From Gemmatimonadota bacterium (GTDB lineage Bacteria; Gemmatimonadota; Gemmatimonadetes; Gemmatimonadales; GWC2-71-9): 64,000 nucleotides of DNA. The DNA is taken from NCBI GenBank assembly GCA_036679605.1, contig JAZDCZ010000085.1, forward strand, positions 32,001 through 96,000, read 5' to 3'. The notes below the pieces were generated by a model. It was given only the letters and a program-made list of their open reading frames with translations. It made no database searches and was not told where the DNA came from. Below, in pieces: positions 38,473 through 49,307 of the stretch; positions within the stretch are counted from its first letter, which is position 1; the number at the start of each line of letters is the position of its first letter. A program made the position numbers and the translations under genes.

Positions 38473-38487
38473 GCAAACGGTTGACTT

Positions 38488-40359
38488 CTACGCCACGGCC
38501 TTTTGCCGTTTAACAACCTCCAGCACCAGATTATGAAGATCGCTTGGCGACACGCCAGGAATCCTACCGGCCTGGGCCAGCGACCTCGGCCGGACACGTT
38601 GTAGCTTCTGCCGAGCTTCTGTACTAATGCTTAGGATATCTAAATACTGTAAGTCCTTTGGCAACTTGAAGTTTGCCAATTCTACCAATTTGCGAGCGGC
38701 TGCCTGCTCCCGCTCCAGATAACCGGCGTATTTGAGTTCGACTTCCACGGAGGTCCATACATTGTCTGGAAAGTCATGGGCCTGCATCTCTTCTGAGTCC
38801 ATGAGTTCACGTAGTCCAACACCCGGTCGCCGCACGAGATCAGATGCATGCTGGGAGTCGAGCACTGGATTCTCACCTACCCTGCGCAATAGCTCGTTAG
38901 CCTCGTCAGCCCTTATTTTTGTCACCTGCACCAAGGCCAGCAGTTCTTGCTGATCCCTGATCATCCGGGCCAACACATCCTCCTCCGGCTGGCTCAGCAT
39001 GCCAAGTTCCTTCGCAAGGGGCCCCAGTCGCTTGAGGGCATTGTCGTGTCGCAGCAGTAGGCGAAACTCGGCGCGGGACGTGAAGAGTCGATACGGCTCA
39101 TCTACCCCACAGGTAACCAAATCGTCGATCAGCACCCCGATATACCCGTCTTCCCTTCCCAATACCACTGGCTCTGCACCACGGACCTGCCGGGCAGCAT
39201 TGATCCCGGCGACCACCCCCTGACCAGCAGCTTCCTCGTATCCTGTTGTCCCATTGATCTGACCTGCGAAGAAGAGCCCCTCCAGGGTTTTTACTTCCAG
39301 CCAGGGGGTTAGTTGGTCCGGAGGGTAGTAGTCGTATTCAATCGCGTAGCCTGGCCGCGTCATTCGCACGTCCTCCAGACCGGGTACCGCTCGAAGAACC
39401 TGCATCTGCGTACTCGGTGGAAGCGACGTCGATAGTCCATTCACGTACAGTTCGGTAGTCTCTAGCCCTTCTGGCTCTAGGAATATCTGATGCCTCTCAG
39501 CGTCAGGAAACTTGACGATCTTGTCCTCGATCGATGGGCAGTATCGGGGCCCGCGCCCGGAGATTGAACCGCCATAGAGGGCGGACTCATGGAGGTTTTT
39601 TTCAATAATCTGCTTCACCGGGCCCGCTGCCCAAGTAATCCAGCAGGATCTTTGATCCGGACGCCGTTCGGTCGTATACTGCGAAAAATTCCCGTTGTCC
39701 TCGCCGTCCTGCCGTTCGACCCGATCAAAGTTCACAGATCGACCGTCGATCCGAGGAGGAGTCCCGGTCTTGAACCGATCAACCGTAAGTCCTATCGCCT
39801 CAAGCTGTTCCGCAATCGCAACCGACGCCGGATCGCCTGCCCTGCCCGCCGAGATCCGAGTCTCGGTGCCACGATGAATGACCCCTCGCATAAACGTACC
39901 TGCAGTCAGTACCACTGCCCGTCCTTTAATAGTGCGACCATCGTGGGTCTCGACTCCCGTAACTCGCCCCGACTTTAGCGCCAGTGACACGACAGTGTCC
40001 TGTAAAAGGTCCAAGTTTTGGGGTTGCTCCAGAAGCGACCGAACGGCTCTTCGATAGAGCCCTCGGTCACACTGGGCCCGCGGCGCCCAAACCGCCGGTC
40101 CCTTTGAGCGGTTCAGCATCCGAAACTGGATCGTGGACCGGTCTGCCGCACGACCCATGATGCCTCCCAGAGCGTCTACCTCTCGCACCACTGTCCCTTT
40201 CGCAATTCCGCCGATTGCGGGATTACACGACATTTGCCCAATCGTTTCGATGTTGGACGTGATCATCAGCGTTCGTAGACCTAGTCGAGCCGCTGCGCAA
40301 GCGGCTTCGGATCCGGCGTGACCGCCGCCGATCACCAATACTTCATAGGTCATGGACAT
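38488..40359 (-). CDS. mnmG: tRNA U34 5-carboxymethylaminomethyl modification enzyme
   Basis: IGGGHAG, MSCNPAIGG, GPRYCPSIEDK and AGQINGTTGYEEAAGQG. Start revised. Confidence 0.97.
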   Translation of the reverse strand: MSMTYEVLVIGGGHAGSEAACAAARLGLRTLMITSNIETIGQMSCNPAIGGIAKGTVVREVDALGGIMGRAADRSTIQFRMLNRSKGPAVWAPRAQCDRGLYRRAVRSLLEQPQNLDLLQDTVVSLALKSGRVTGVETHDGRTIKGRAVVLTAGTFMRGVIHRGTETRISAGRAGDPASVAIAEQLEAIGLTVDRFKTGTPPRIDGRSVNFDRVERQDGEDNGNFSQYTTERRPDQRSCWITWAAGPVKQIIEKNLHESALYGGSISGRGPRYCPSIEDKIVKFPDAERHQIFLEPEGLETTELYVNGLSTSLPPSTQMQVLRAVPGLEDVRMTRPGYAIEYDYYPPDQLTPWLEVKTLEGLFFAGQINGTTGYEEAAGQGVVAGINAARQVRGAEPVVLGREDGYIGVLIDDLVTCGVDEPYRLFTSRAEFRLLLRHDNALKRLGPLAKELGMLSQPEEDVLARMIRDQQELLALVQVTKIRADEANELLRRVGENPVLDSQHASDLVRRPGVGLRELMDSEEMQAHDFPDNVWTSVEVELKYAGYLEREQAAARKLVELANFKLPKDLQYLDILSISTEARQKLQRVRPRSLAQAGRIPGVSPSDLHNLVLEVVKRQKAVA

Positions 40360-40443
40360 GGTGTGGTAAAAGATACAGCTCTGTGCAGCCTGCACTATGT
40401 GTGTGATTGGAGCGGGAGACTTCCTACCTACTACAACAGCGGT

Positions 40444-41715
40444 TCAACCAGATCGTATCCACCGCCAGAGTTCTACTAGCTTGGGACGCTTGCCGTGCAT
40501 CAAGATCCCAACCCGATAGATTCGTCCCGCCACCCAAGTTATTCCTACAAGGGCGATCATCAGAAATAGGATCGATGCGCCCAGTTCAACGAGAGGGACG
40601 CCAGTGGCCGCCCATCTGACAGGCGTGGCTATTGGTGAACTAAACGGAACTAGCGTCAGCGTTTTGGCGAGCGTGCCGTCTGGTGAGTTGAGCGCGACCA
40701 TCGAAAGCATAGCTGGAATAACCAAGACCATTACAACCGGAGTTTGGGCCTGTCTGGCTTCTGCTTCGCTGTTCGACATCGCACCGACCGCAGCAAACAT
40801 CGCGGCGTACAGAAAATACCCCAGCAAAAAATACGTCAGCAGAATGATCACGAGGCTGAGTGGAATATCGGGAAGAGAGAAACCACTAGCCGAAGCTCCA
40901 CTGACGCCGAACAAACCCATAATGAAGTCACGCTGCGACAGTAGCAGCCAGCCTACACCTGTCCAGATGCCGAGCTGCAACAACCCGACGGCTCCTACTC
41001 CCACCACCTTACCCGCGAGCAACTGAAATGGTTTTAGGCTCGAAACAAGCACCTCGACAATGCGAGATGTTTTTTCTTCCACAACGGCACCCATCACCTG
41101 AACCCCATAGATCACGATAGCCATATAAAGGAGAAACCAAACAAAGTAAGCTACGAAGAAAGCAGCCTCACCTGATTGCTCAGTAACTTGACCACGACGA
41201 ATAGTCACGGTCTGCATCCGCAATGGTATTGTTGCTTGCGCCACTAAATCCGGATCGACCCCAACCTGCCCAAGTCGCTCGGTCAGCACCGCCTCGCGGA
41301 GAATCCGCCGCAGAATAGACATATCGATCTGTGATGAAACATTAGAACCTCTGTACTCGACGCTTCCATCCTGCACGGTCTCGTCAGATACTATGAGCAA
41401 CCCATCCAGCCTCTTGTCGCCCACCGCAGCTGCAAGAGAGTCCGCGACATCCTCTAGGTCAGCTAAGTCGACAGCCACATGGCTCGCCTTGATCGGTGCC
41501 GGACCGTTCAGCAGTTGTGTCACTCTTGCTCCGAACTCGCCAGCAGAAACATCGAGCACTACCACTGTGCGGTCCTGTCCGCTGGTGGCCATCAAGATCG
41601 GCAGCAAGATAAACACCGCCATCAACACTGGTCCCAGCAGAGTCGAAATCACAAACCATTTGTTCCGTACTCGCTCGACGAACTCTCGACGGATCACCAC
41701 CCAAATCTTACGCAT
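40444..41715 (-). CDS. ABC-2 type exporter permease (NatB/YhaP-like)
   Basis: VVEEKTSRIVEVLVSS, multiple TM helices and IYRVGILMHGK. Confidence 0.9.
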   Translation of the reverse strand: MRKIWVVIRREFVERVRNKWFVISTLLGPVLMAVFILLPILMATSGQDRTVVVLDVSAGEFGARVTQLLNGPAPIKASHVAVDLADLEDVADSLAAAVGDKRLDGLLIVSDETVQDGSVEYRGSNVSSQIDMSILRRILREAVLTERLGQVGVDPDLVAQATIPLRMQTVTIRRGQVTEQSGEAAFFVAYFVWFLLYMAIVIYGVQVMGAVVEEKTSRIVEVLVSSLKPFQLLAGKVVGVGAVGLLQLGIWTGVGWLLLSQRDFIMGLFGVSGASASGFSLPDIPLSLVIILLTYFLLGYFLYAAMFAAVGAMSNSEAEARQAQTPVVMVLVIPAMLSMVALNSPDGTLAKTLTLVPFSSPIATPVRWAATGVPLVELGASILFLMIALVGITWVAGRIYRVGILMHGKRPKLVELWRWIRSG

Positions 41716-42673
41716 GCGCCTCGGTCTCCTGAGCCGGGGCCGTCAACGCGTCTTGTCCCACTAGATCAATGAAAATCTTGTTCAAGGTTGGCTCGGCGAT
41801 CTCGAACCGAGTTACACCCACCCCCGCTTGAACCAACTCCTCCAACAATCGTTGCGGCTCGGCGCCTTCAGCAATTTCTACCTCGGCATACTGCCCGTAG
41901 TCATCAAGGCCCGACACCAGCCTTCGGTCTGCCAAAAGACGACTCACGGACTCTAGCCCACCATCCAATGCAATTATCACATGTTTCCCGCCATGTTCCT
42001 GTTTTATCTCTGTCAGCTTCCCATCCACTACTTTTTCGCCTCTCGCAATGATGCAAACGGAATCGCACAGCTTCTCCGCTTGCTCCATGATATGGGTGGA
42101 GAATAGGATTGTCGTGCCTCTGCGGGAAAGATCGACCACCACATCCTTCATCGCCAAAGCATTCACCGGGTCGAGCCCCGAGAACGGCTCATCCAGAATT
42201 ACCAACTCCGGATCGTGAAGCACCGTCGATATGAACTGCACCTTCTGTTGCATTCCCTTGGAAAGATCATCTGCGCGCTTCGCGATCCAGTCCGACAGCC
42301 CTAGCCGCTCGAGCCACCGTCTCGACTCGACCCTGGCCTTCTCTCTGCCAACACCCTTGATCTGGGCTAGGAATACCAGCAGGTCCAACACCTTCATTTT
42401 CTTGTATAGGCCGCGCTCCTCAGGCAGGTACCCTATCTTATGGCTCAGGTCGCGCCCCGATCCGAGACCTCCAAATAATTGCACCGAACCCGAATCGGGC
42501 TCAATGATGTCCATCATCAGTCGGATCGTTGTGGTTTTTCCGGCTCCATTCGGACCTAACAGGCCGTAAATTGATCCGACAGGAACCTTGAGATCGAGTT
42601 CATGCACGGCAGTATGCCCTGCATACCGCTTCGTAACCTTAGTAAGTTCAACTGCTAGTTCTCCACCCATCAC
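41708..42673 (-). CDS. ABC exporter ATP-binding protein
   Basis: GPNGAGKTT, LSKGMQQK and ILDEPFSG. Confidence 0.93.
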   Translation of the reverse strand: MMGGELAVELTKVTKRYAGHTAVHELDLKVPVGSIYGLLGPNGAGKTTTIRLMMDIIEPDSGSVQLFGGLGSGRDLSHKIGYLPEERGLYKKMKVLDLLVFLAQIKGVGREKARVESRRWLERLGLSDWIAKRADDLSKGMQQKVQFISTVLHDPELVILDEPFSGLDPVNALAMKDVVVDLSRRGTTILFSTHIMEQAEKLCDSVCIIARGEKVVDGKLTEIKQEHGGKHVIIALDGGLESVSRLLADRRLVSGLDDYGQYAEVEIAEGAEPQRLLEELVQAGVGVTRFEIAEPTLNKIFIDLVGQDALTAPAQETEAHA

Positions 42674-42781
42674 ATCGTATCCTCCTGCGCCGCATCAATC
42701 TCGAAGCAACACATTTCCGGTACAGTGAGTCTCCGCCCAACCCAAGATTTTGGCGTGGCCAAGTTCACTCGCATCATTCCA

Positions 42782-42807
42782 GGAACAGTTCGAGCCCAAT
42801 TGTCGTT
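42782..42807 (+). promoter_or_regulatory. Candidate ECF sigma promoter GGAAC-N17-CGTT
   Basis: GGAAC agttcgagcccaattgt CGTT, about 80 bp upstream of the anti-sigma gene. Confidence 0.4.
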
Positions 42808-42887
42808 AAGTATAGCAAGTGGAACTACATGGCGTTCGGGAGAACGCTTCCGTCGTCCATTTTCTTGCATGTTGTTAGCTAGGGAGG

Positions 42888-43676
42888 GTGATCAGGCTGA
42901 TGCAGTGCCAGGAAGCACGCACAATTTTTGGTCCGGAACTCGGCCCGAGGCCCATCTCGGACGAGACTTCGAACGCATTCGAGCACATCCAAGGCTGCGA
43001 GAACTGCCACCGCTTCTACTCGAATCAGCGAGCCCTAGCAGACCGTGTGCACAGAGCCGGAATCGCGCATGCTGCACCGAACACTCTAAGACAACAGCTC
43101 CTTGCGCGCTTGGCCGAGGATGATCGCAAGACCGTGCAAGTTTGGTCGATCAATCGAAAGCCTCGGAATTTGCTAGCTGTCGGCGCACTCGTGGCTGCGG
43201 CGGCGGCAGTTGTCCTCACGATCACATGGCCGCAAGACACGCCGGTGTTCGCACAGCCATTGGTAGAGCAGGCCATGGTGGCATTGTCGAACGAAAACTC
43301 GATCACTTCTACGGACCCCAAACACCTAGGCGAATGGTTGGAATCGCAAGTGGGCTACCACGTTCACATCCCGGCGATTCCCCGGGCAAGCCTGCTGGGT
43401 GGTAGGATCGCCACAGTCGGGAGTACACGGACTGCAGCGGTGATCTACACTATCGATGGCAACCGATTGACCTATTTTGCGATGGGCCCAGGCCAATCCA
43501 TGGATGCTGAGATTGAGGGCCAGGAAATTGAAACCGTTGCCTCGGGCGAGCACCAGATCGCCTTCTGGACAGAGTCTGGAGCAGGCAGAGCCGTTGTAGC
43601 CGTTATACCACCGGCTGACATAGCTGCTGTGGCGGAAGAGTGCAGAAGGCAGGCATCAGCCGAGTCCGCACTGTAG
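42888..43676 (+). CDS. Zinc-finger (ZAS/zf-HC2) transmembrane anti-sigma factor
   Basis: MQCQEAR..EHIQGCENC (HxxxCxxC), a TM helix and an LLGGR-type periplasmic domain. Confidence 0.8.
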   Translation: MIRLMQCQEARTIFGPELGPRPISDETSNAFEHIQGCENCHRFYSNQRALADRVHRAGIAHAAPNTLRQQLLARLAEDDRKTVQVWSINRKPRNLLAVGALVAAAAAVVLTITWPQDTPVFAQPLVEQAMVALSNENSITSTDPKHLGEWLESQVGYHVHIPAIPRASLLGGRIATVGSTRTAAVIYTIDGNRLTYFAMGPGQSMDAEIEGQEIETVASGEHQIAFWTESGAGRAVVAVIPPADIAAVAEECRRQASAESAL

Positions 43677-43680
43677 CGTT

Positions 43681-44010
43681 CTATACACGGCGCGGCCGAA
43701 CCCAGATCCCACCATCTTCTTGTTTCACCTCGTAACATCCCAGCGGCTCTGTGGCCGGAAGCTCTAACACTCCGCCGTCGCGGATATCGAACTGGGCGCC
43801 GTGGAGACCACACTCGATGACATAGTCGTCGACCATCTCACCGTCAGACATCGGAAACTCCGCATGTGAACACTGATCCGAGATGGCGTAGGTCTCCCCG
43901 TTGACACGAATCAGACAGATCTGGATATCGTTGCCAAGCTCCGCGCTCATCGGAGTACCCTCGTCTAAATCGCCCACCGAAGCAACCAACTTGAATCCAT
44001 CGTCACTCAT
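43681..44010 (-). CDS. Rieske-type ferredoxin (suf-associated)
   Basis: CSH...CGLH motifs. Confidence 0.9.
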   Translation of the reverse strand: MSDDGFKLVASVGDLDEGTPMSAELGNDIQICLIRVNGETYAISDQCSHAEFPMSDGEMVDDYVIECGLHGAQFDIRDGGVLELPATEPLGCYEVKQEDGGIWVRPRRV

Positions 44011-44042
44011 ACGCGATTCCTCTGACTCGATCTGGAGTCTAC

Positions 44043-44492
44043 CTACTCAGTAGTAACCAGCCCTGGTTCCGCTTCAAGTGCGGCTTTAAGAGCGTGCCAG
44101 CCAAGGTTTGCGCACTTGACTCGCGCAGGGAATTCCCGAACCCCTGCAAACGCTGCGAGCTTGCGGAAAACCTTGGTGTCCGGTACACCGTCAATTCCTC
44201 CCGTAACCATTGAGTGGAAGTTGCCGAACAGATCTTCCGCCTCAGCGATGGACTTACCCATCACAGACGTCGTCATCAACGAAGCCGAAGCCTGAGAGAT
44301 AGCGCAGCCTGAACCTCGAAAGCTCACATCCGCAATTATGTCACCGTTCATTTTGAGATAAACGGTTATGCGGTCGCCACACAGCGGATTATCACCAGTA
44401 GCCTGACGATCCGCATTCTCAATGACCTTGAAATTGCGGGGACTGCGGTTGTGATCGAGAATGATCTGCTGGTAGAGTTCCCTGACGTCCAT
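44043..44492 (-). CDS. sufU: SUF system NifU-family protein
   Basis: LYQQIILDH, NPLCGD, GCAISQAS and ARVKCA. Confidence 0.93.
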   Translation of the reverse strand: MDVRELYQQIILDHNRSPRNFKVIENADRQATGDNPLCGDRITVYLKMNGDIIADVSFRGSGCAISQASASLMTTSVMGKSIAEAEDLFGNFHSMVTGGIDGVPDTKVFRKLAAFAGVREFPARVKCANLGWHALKAALEAEPGLVTTE

Positions 44493-44495
44493 CTT

Positions 44496-45728
44496 CTATC
44501 CGAAGATGCTGCGTGCTTTGTGCACTGCGGCCACCAATACGTCTACTTCCTGGCGGGTATTGTACAGCGCAAACGATGCACGTGCCGTCGCCGGCACACC
44601 GTAGAATTCCATGACGGGTTGGGTACAGTGATGCCCCGTACGAATGGCGACGCCCTCTTGATCCACGATAGTGCCTATATCATGAGCGTGAACACCCTCC
44701 ACAACAAACGACACCACGCTGGCCTTGGGATCAGCGTGGCCCAAAATCCTTAGGCCTCGTACGGCTGATAACTGCTCTGTGGCATAGTCCAAGAGATCCA
44801 GCTCGTGCTCGTGAACCGACTCCCAGTCGACACCCTCTAAAAAATCGATGGCATAGCCTAGTCCAACCACACCTGCGATGTGCGGAGTACCGGCCTCAAA
44901 CCTGCTCGGAGGAGGCGCATATGTCGTCTTCTCAAAGGTCACATTGCGAATCATGTCGCCGCCACCCTGGTACGGAGGCATCTCCTGCAGCAATTCCTCA
45001 CGCCCATAAAGAATGCCTATACCCGTCGGTCCGAACATCTTATGGCCCGAGACACAATAGAAATCACAGCCCAAATCCTCTACGTCGATGGGCATATGAG
45101 GTGCGGCTTGTGCTCCGTCGACCACCACCGCTATTCCTCGCTCATGGGCCAGGTCTGTCAGCTCTCTTATGGGGTTTATGGTGCCGAGTGAATTCGACAC
45201 ATGAACTACCGCAACGAGTTTCGTTCTCTTGCCTAGAAGCCGCTCATATTCACCCATTTGTAGAGATCCGGTCTCGTCGATCGGAGCCACCACCAGTCGA
45301 GCCCCCACGGCCTCAGACAACAACTGCCACGGCACAATGTTGGAGTGGTGCTCCATGGCAGTCACGACAATCTCGTCTCCCGAGCCGACGTTGCTCCTAC
45401 CAAAGCTGTTCGCGACCAGATTGATCGCCTCCGTACACCCCTTTACAAAAATGATCTCGTTCGAAGACCGGGCGTTCAGGAAACGCTGGGCTTTGACTCG
45501 CGCGCCTTCATAAGCTGCGGTGGCTTGCTCACTGAGCTGATAAACACCGCGGTGAATATTTGCATTGCTCGTTTCGTAGTAGTTCTTGAGTCCGTCTATT
45601 ACGCACCTAGGTTTTTGACTCGTAGCGGCGTTGTCGAGGTATACCAGCGGTTTCCCCCAGGCTGACTGCGTAAGAATCGGGAACTCCCGCCTGATTGCGT
45701 CCACGTCCAGCGCTTTACGCATAGACAT
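44496..45728 (-). CDS. sufS: Cysteine desulfurase
   Basis: YLDNAATSQKP, SGHKMFGPTG and RTGHHCTQP. Start revised. Confidence 0.95.
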   Translation of the reverse strand: MSMRKALDVDAIRREFPILTQSAWGKPLVYLDNAATSQKPRCVIDGLKNYYETSNANIHRGVYQLSEQATAAYEGARVKAQRFLNARSSNEIIFVKGCTEAINLVANSFGRSNVGSGDEIVVTAMEHHSNIVPWQLLSEAVGARLVVAPIDETGSLQMGEYERLLGKRTKLVAVVHVSNSLGTINPIRELTDLAHERGIAVVVDGAQAAPHMPIDVEDLGCDFYCVSGHKMFGPTGIGILYGREELLQEMPPYQGGGDMIRNVTFEKTTYAPPPSRFEAGTPHIAGVVGLGYAIDFLEGVDWESVHEHELDLLDYATEQLSAVRGLRILGHADPKASVVSFVVEGVHAHDIGTIVDQEGVAIRTGHHCTQPVMEFYGVPATARASFALYNTRQEVDVLVAAVHKARSIFG

Positions 45729-45741
45729 CTTTGGAACCTCT

Positions 45742-47094
45742 TCACTCACCAGGATCATCACGTGCTGCGGCGGCGGTCCCCGCTGCCAGCCTTTCCTGCA
45801 GAAGTTCGTCGAGTTGGCGTCGTAGATCCCCGATTGCAATCTGGTTCAGGATTTCTACCCCGAAGCCATAGGTAAGCAGATTCCGCGCTTCAGTTTCCTT
45901 GAGCCCGCGAGTTCGCAGATAAAAAAGCGCTTTTTCGTCGATCGGGCCGAGTGTGGCACCGTGAGTGCATCTTACGTCATCCGCATAGATCTCCAACTGC
46001 GGCTGACTGTCTGCCCGCGCCCGCTCCGAGAGCAACAAATTGTTGTTAGTCTGCTTTGAGTTCGTTCCCTGAGCATCCGGACGCACTATAATCCTGCCGG
46101 TAAAAACACCTCTTGAGCGTTCGTCGTAAATCCCATTGAAATACTCCCAACTCGTGCAGTGTGGCTGCGCGTGATCGATCGTCGTATGATTATCGACGTG
46201 CTGGCGGCCAGACAGCTGCGAAAGCCCGTACAGACGACATTCTGCTTCCGTACCATCCAATACTGCCTCTATGTCATGCCGGGACAGCGCGCTTCCGATG
46301 GCAACAGTCGTGAGCGAATACCGACTATTGTGACGCTGGTAGGCATGAGAAGTTGCCGTGTGGTAAGCCTTCTCGCTCTCCTGCTGGATTCGATACAGGT
46401 CGAGTCGCGCATTCTCCTCCACGACTACTTCGCACACCGAATTGGTCCAGTACACGTCGTCGATTAGACCCACGTAGCGCTCCACCACAGTGGCGGAGGC
46501 TCCATTTTCGACAACCATGATGCTGCGCGGGTGCATTACTTGGTGTGGCACAGTGGCCAAGTACACTACTTGAATAGGCGTCTTCAGTACGACTTCGTTG
46601 GGAACATAGATAAATGCACCGTCGGCCATGAAAGCGGTGTTGAGTGCTGTGAACGGGTTGCTGTCAGTCTCTGCGTGTTGAGCCAAGTGCTGAACGAGAG
46701 GTTCCGCTCCAAGCTTCGCTGCACTCGCGAGATCACTCACCATCACGTTACTAGGGATTCCGTCAAGGCGAGACAGGGCCTCAACATACTTGCCGTTTAC
46801 AAAGACGATGCGGTTGGTGTCGGCTATATCAACGTGATGCAGCTCAAGATCAGTCTCCGACGGGATGTCATCACCACGATCGCTTGCCAGATCAAAAGTT
46901 GCCCTGGCTAGTTCAGACAGATTGGTAAAGCGCCAGCGCTCATCCCGCGTTGTTGGAAACCCCGTTCGGTCGAACTGCCCCATGGCGTCCTCACGCAGCT
47001 GTCTGAGCCACGCCGGTGCCAGCGATGCACCATTTGTCGAGAATATCTTGAAATCGGAGAGATACTTGTCTCTCGTTGCTGTTAATTGCTTCAT
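45742..47094 (-). CDS. sufD: Fe-S assembly protein SufD
   Basis: ERWRFT and PQLEIYADDVRCTHGAT. Confidence 0.93.
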   Translation of the reverse strand: MKQLTATRDKYLSDFKIFSTNGASLAPAWLRQLREDAMGQFDRTGFPTTRDERWRFTNLSELARATFDLASDRGDDIPSETDLELHHVDIADTNRIVFVNGKYVEALSRLDGIPSNVMVSDLASAAKLGAEPLVQHLAQHAETDSNPFTALNTAFMADGAFIYVPNEVVLKTPIQVVYLATVPHQVMHPRSIMVVENGASATVVERYVGLIDDVYWTNSVCEVVVEENARLDLYRIQQESEKAYHTATSHAYQRHNSRYSLTTVAIGSALSRHDIEAVLDGTEAECRLYGLSQLSGRQHVDNHTTIDHAQPHCTSWEYFNGIYDERSRGVFTGRIIVRPDAQGTNSKQTNNNLLLSERARADSQPQLEIYADDVRCTHGATLGPIDEKALFYLRTRGLKETEARNLLTYGFGVEILNQIAIGDLRRQLDELLQERLAAGTAAAARDDPGE

Positions 47095-47109
47095 TTTAGA
47101 ACTGCCCCT

Positions 47110-47865
47110 TCAGGCAACCGCTGCTGCTTCCCTAACCCAGTCGTATCCTTTGGACTCCAGCTCCAATGCCAGCTCGCTGCCGCCCGATTTTACGATGCGA
47201 CCGTTCAGCAACACATGGACAAAGTCGGGTGTGATGAAGTTCAAGAGACGCTGGTAATGAGTGACGACAATAGTGGCGTTGTCGGGCGTCTTGAGTTTGT
47301 TCACGGCCTCGGCAACCGATTGGAGCGCATCGATATCGAGACCTGAGTCGGTTTCATCCAGGATCGCGAGCTTGGGCTCTAGAACTGCCATCTGCAGAAT
47401 TTCGTTCCGCTTTTTCTCACCGCCCGAAAAACCATCGTTGACCGGCCTATTCATGAGGCTGTCGTCCCAGTCAATGACTTCAAGTTTTTCCTCGAGGATC
47501 TCCATGAAATCGATGGGATCGAGTTCTTCTTTTCCCTGGCTTTTTCTTATCGCGTTGACAGCCGAGCGCATGAAGTACGCGTTGGTAATACCGCGTATTT
47601 CCACAGGGTACTGAAACGCCAAGAAGAGGCCCGCACGGGCTCGCTCTTCTGGATCCGCATCGAGCAAATCCAAGCCTAGGAAATTGACACTCCCAGATGT
47701 GATCTCGTATGCCGGGTGACCAGCCAAAACCATGGCCAGTGTACTCTTACCTGAGCCGTTGGGACCCATAATGGCATGGATTTCTCCGGCGTTCACCGTT
47801 AGGTCGACTCCTTGCAAGATCTCGGCGCCACCTACGCTCGCGTGCAAATTTCTTATTTCAAGCAT
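47110..47865 (-). CDS. sufC: Fe-S assembly ATPase SufC
   Basis: MGPNGSGKST, FSGGEKKRNE and DETDSGLDID. Confidence 0.96.
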   Translation of the reverse strand: MLEIRNLHASVGGAEILQGVDLTVNAGEIHAIMGPNGSGKSTLAMVLAGHPAYEITSGSVNFLGLDLLDADPEERARAGLFLAFQYPVEIRGITNAYFMRSAVNAIRKSQGKEELDPIDFMEILEEKLEVIDWDDSLMNRPVNDGFSGGEKKRNEILQMAVLEPKLAILDETDSGLDIDALQSVAEAVNKLKTPDNATIVVTHYQRLLNFITPDFVHVLLNGRIVKSGGSELALELESKGYDWVREAAAVA

Positions 47866-47868
47866 GAT

Positions 47869-49305
47869 CTATCCCACACTGCCTTCCAGACTGATGCCGA
47901 GGAGGTTTTGAGCCTCGACGGCAAACTCCATGGGCAGTTCTCTGAAGACTTCTTTACAGAAACCGTTGACTACCAACGACACGGCATCCTCTGCAGAAAG
48001 GCCGCGCTGCTGACAGTAGAATATTTGGTCCTCGCCGATCTTCGACGTGGTAGCTTCGTGTTCCATGATCGCAGAACTGTTGCGCACATCGATGTACGGG
48101 AAGGTGTGCGCACCACACTTATCGCCGATCAGCATTGAATCACATTGAGAATAGTTTCTGGAACCCTCTGCACTCTTCATGATCTTGACCTGTCCCCGAT
48201 AGGTGTTCTGACTCTTGCCGGCCGAGATACCCTTAGAGACGATAGTGCTACGAGTGTTCTTCCCGATATGGATCATCTTGGTGCCGGTGTCTGCCTGCTG
48301 ATAGTTGTTCGTGACAGCCACCGAGTAGAATTCGCCAATCGTGTTGTCGCCGGTCAGTAGACAGCTCGGGTACTTCCAGGTAATAGCCGATCCCGTTTCC
48401 ACCTGAGTCCAGGAAATCTTCGCATTGTCCTGACGGCAGTCACCGCGCTTTGTGACGAAATTGTAGATGCCACCCCGTCCTTCTTCGTCTCCTGGATACC
48501 AGTTCTGCACGGTCGAGTACTTGATCTCGGAGTCCTTCAGCGCAACGAGTTCGACCACCGCAGCATGAAGCTGGTTCTCGTCTCGCATCGGCGCCGAACA
48601 ACCCTCGAGATAGCTGACATAGGCTCCCTGGTCCGCAATGATTAGCGTGCGCTCGAACTGACCGGTCGAAGCGGCATTCATTCGGAAATACGTTGAGAGT
48701 TCCATCGGACAACGAGTACCCTTAGGCACATACACGAATGAGCCGTCACTGAACACCGCCGCGTTTAGGGCCGCGAAGAAGTTGTCGCTGTGCGGAACTA
48801 CCGACCCCAGATACTTCTGAACCAACTCGGGGTGCTCGCGAACCGCCTCAGAAAACGGCATGAAAATGACCCCTTGCTCAGCCAGTTTCTCCTTGAAGGT
48901 CGTGGCTACCGAAACACTGTCGAAGATGGCATCGACCGCCACACCAGTAAGCCGCTTTTGTTCAGAGAGTGGGATTCCCAACTTCTCGAAGGTGGCGAGT
49001 ATCTTGGGATCTACTTCATCCAGACTTTCGAGTTTCTTTTGGGACTTGGGTGCCGAGTAATAACGGATCGCCTGATAGTCGATCGGTTTATACTCAACAT
49101 TTGCCCACTGGGGCTCCTTCATTTCGATCCAGCGACGATACGCCTTGAGCCGCCATTCCAAGAGCCACTCCGGCTCCTCCTTCTTAGCCGATATCATCCG
49201 AACGGTGTCCTCGTTCAGACCCAGTGGAATGAGATCGGCCTCTATGTCGGTGCTCCAGCCGTACTTGTACGGCTGATTTACTTGCTGTTCAATCGTTGTC
49301 GCCAT
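47869..49305 (-). CDS. sufB: Fe-S assembly protein SufB
   Basis: [22 protein letters not shown] and TWKYPS. Confidence 0.97.
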   Translation of the reverse strand: MATTIEQQVNQPYKYGWSTDIEADLIPLGLNEDTVRMISAKKEEPEWLLEWRLKAYRRWIEMKEPQWANVEYKPIDYQAIRYYSAPKSQKKLESLDEVDPKILATFEKLGIPLSEQKRLTGVAVDAIFDSVSVATTFKEKLAEQGVIFMPFSEAVREHPELVQKYLGSVVPHSDNFFAALNAAVFSDGSFVYVPKGTRCPMELSTYFRMNAASTGQFERTLIIADQGAYVSYLEGCSAPMRDENQLHAAVVELVALKDSEIKYSTVQNWYPGDEEGRGGIYNFVTKRGDCRQDNAKISWTQVETGSAITWKYPSCLLTGDNTIGEFYSVAVTNNYQQADTGTKMIHIGKNTRSTIVSKGISAGKSQNTYRGQVKIMKSAEGSRNYSQCDSMLIGDKCGAHTFPYIDVRNSSAIMEHEATTSKIGEDQIFYCQQRGLSAEDAVSLVVNGFCKEVFRELPMEFAVEAQNLLGISLEGSVG

Positions 49306-49307
49306 GA

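Noticed and set aside
38322..40443. oriC within the window
   Set aside because: No cluster of TTATCCACA-type DnaA boxes seen by eye, and no dnaA or dnaN gene.
42670..42870. 66-aa minus-strand ORF or sigma-factor remnant upstream of the ABC ATPase
   Set aside because: No ECF region 2 or 4 similarity is visible; it looks like a divergent promoter region.
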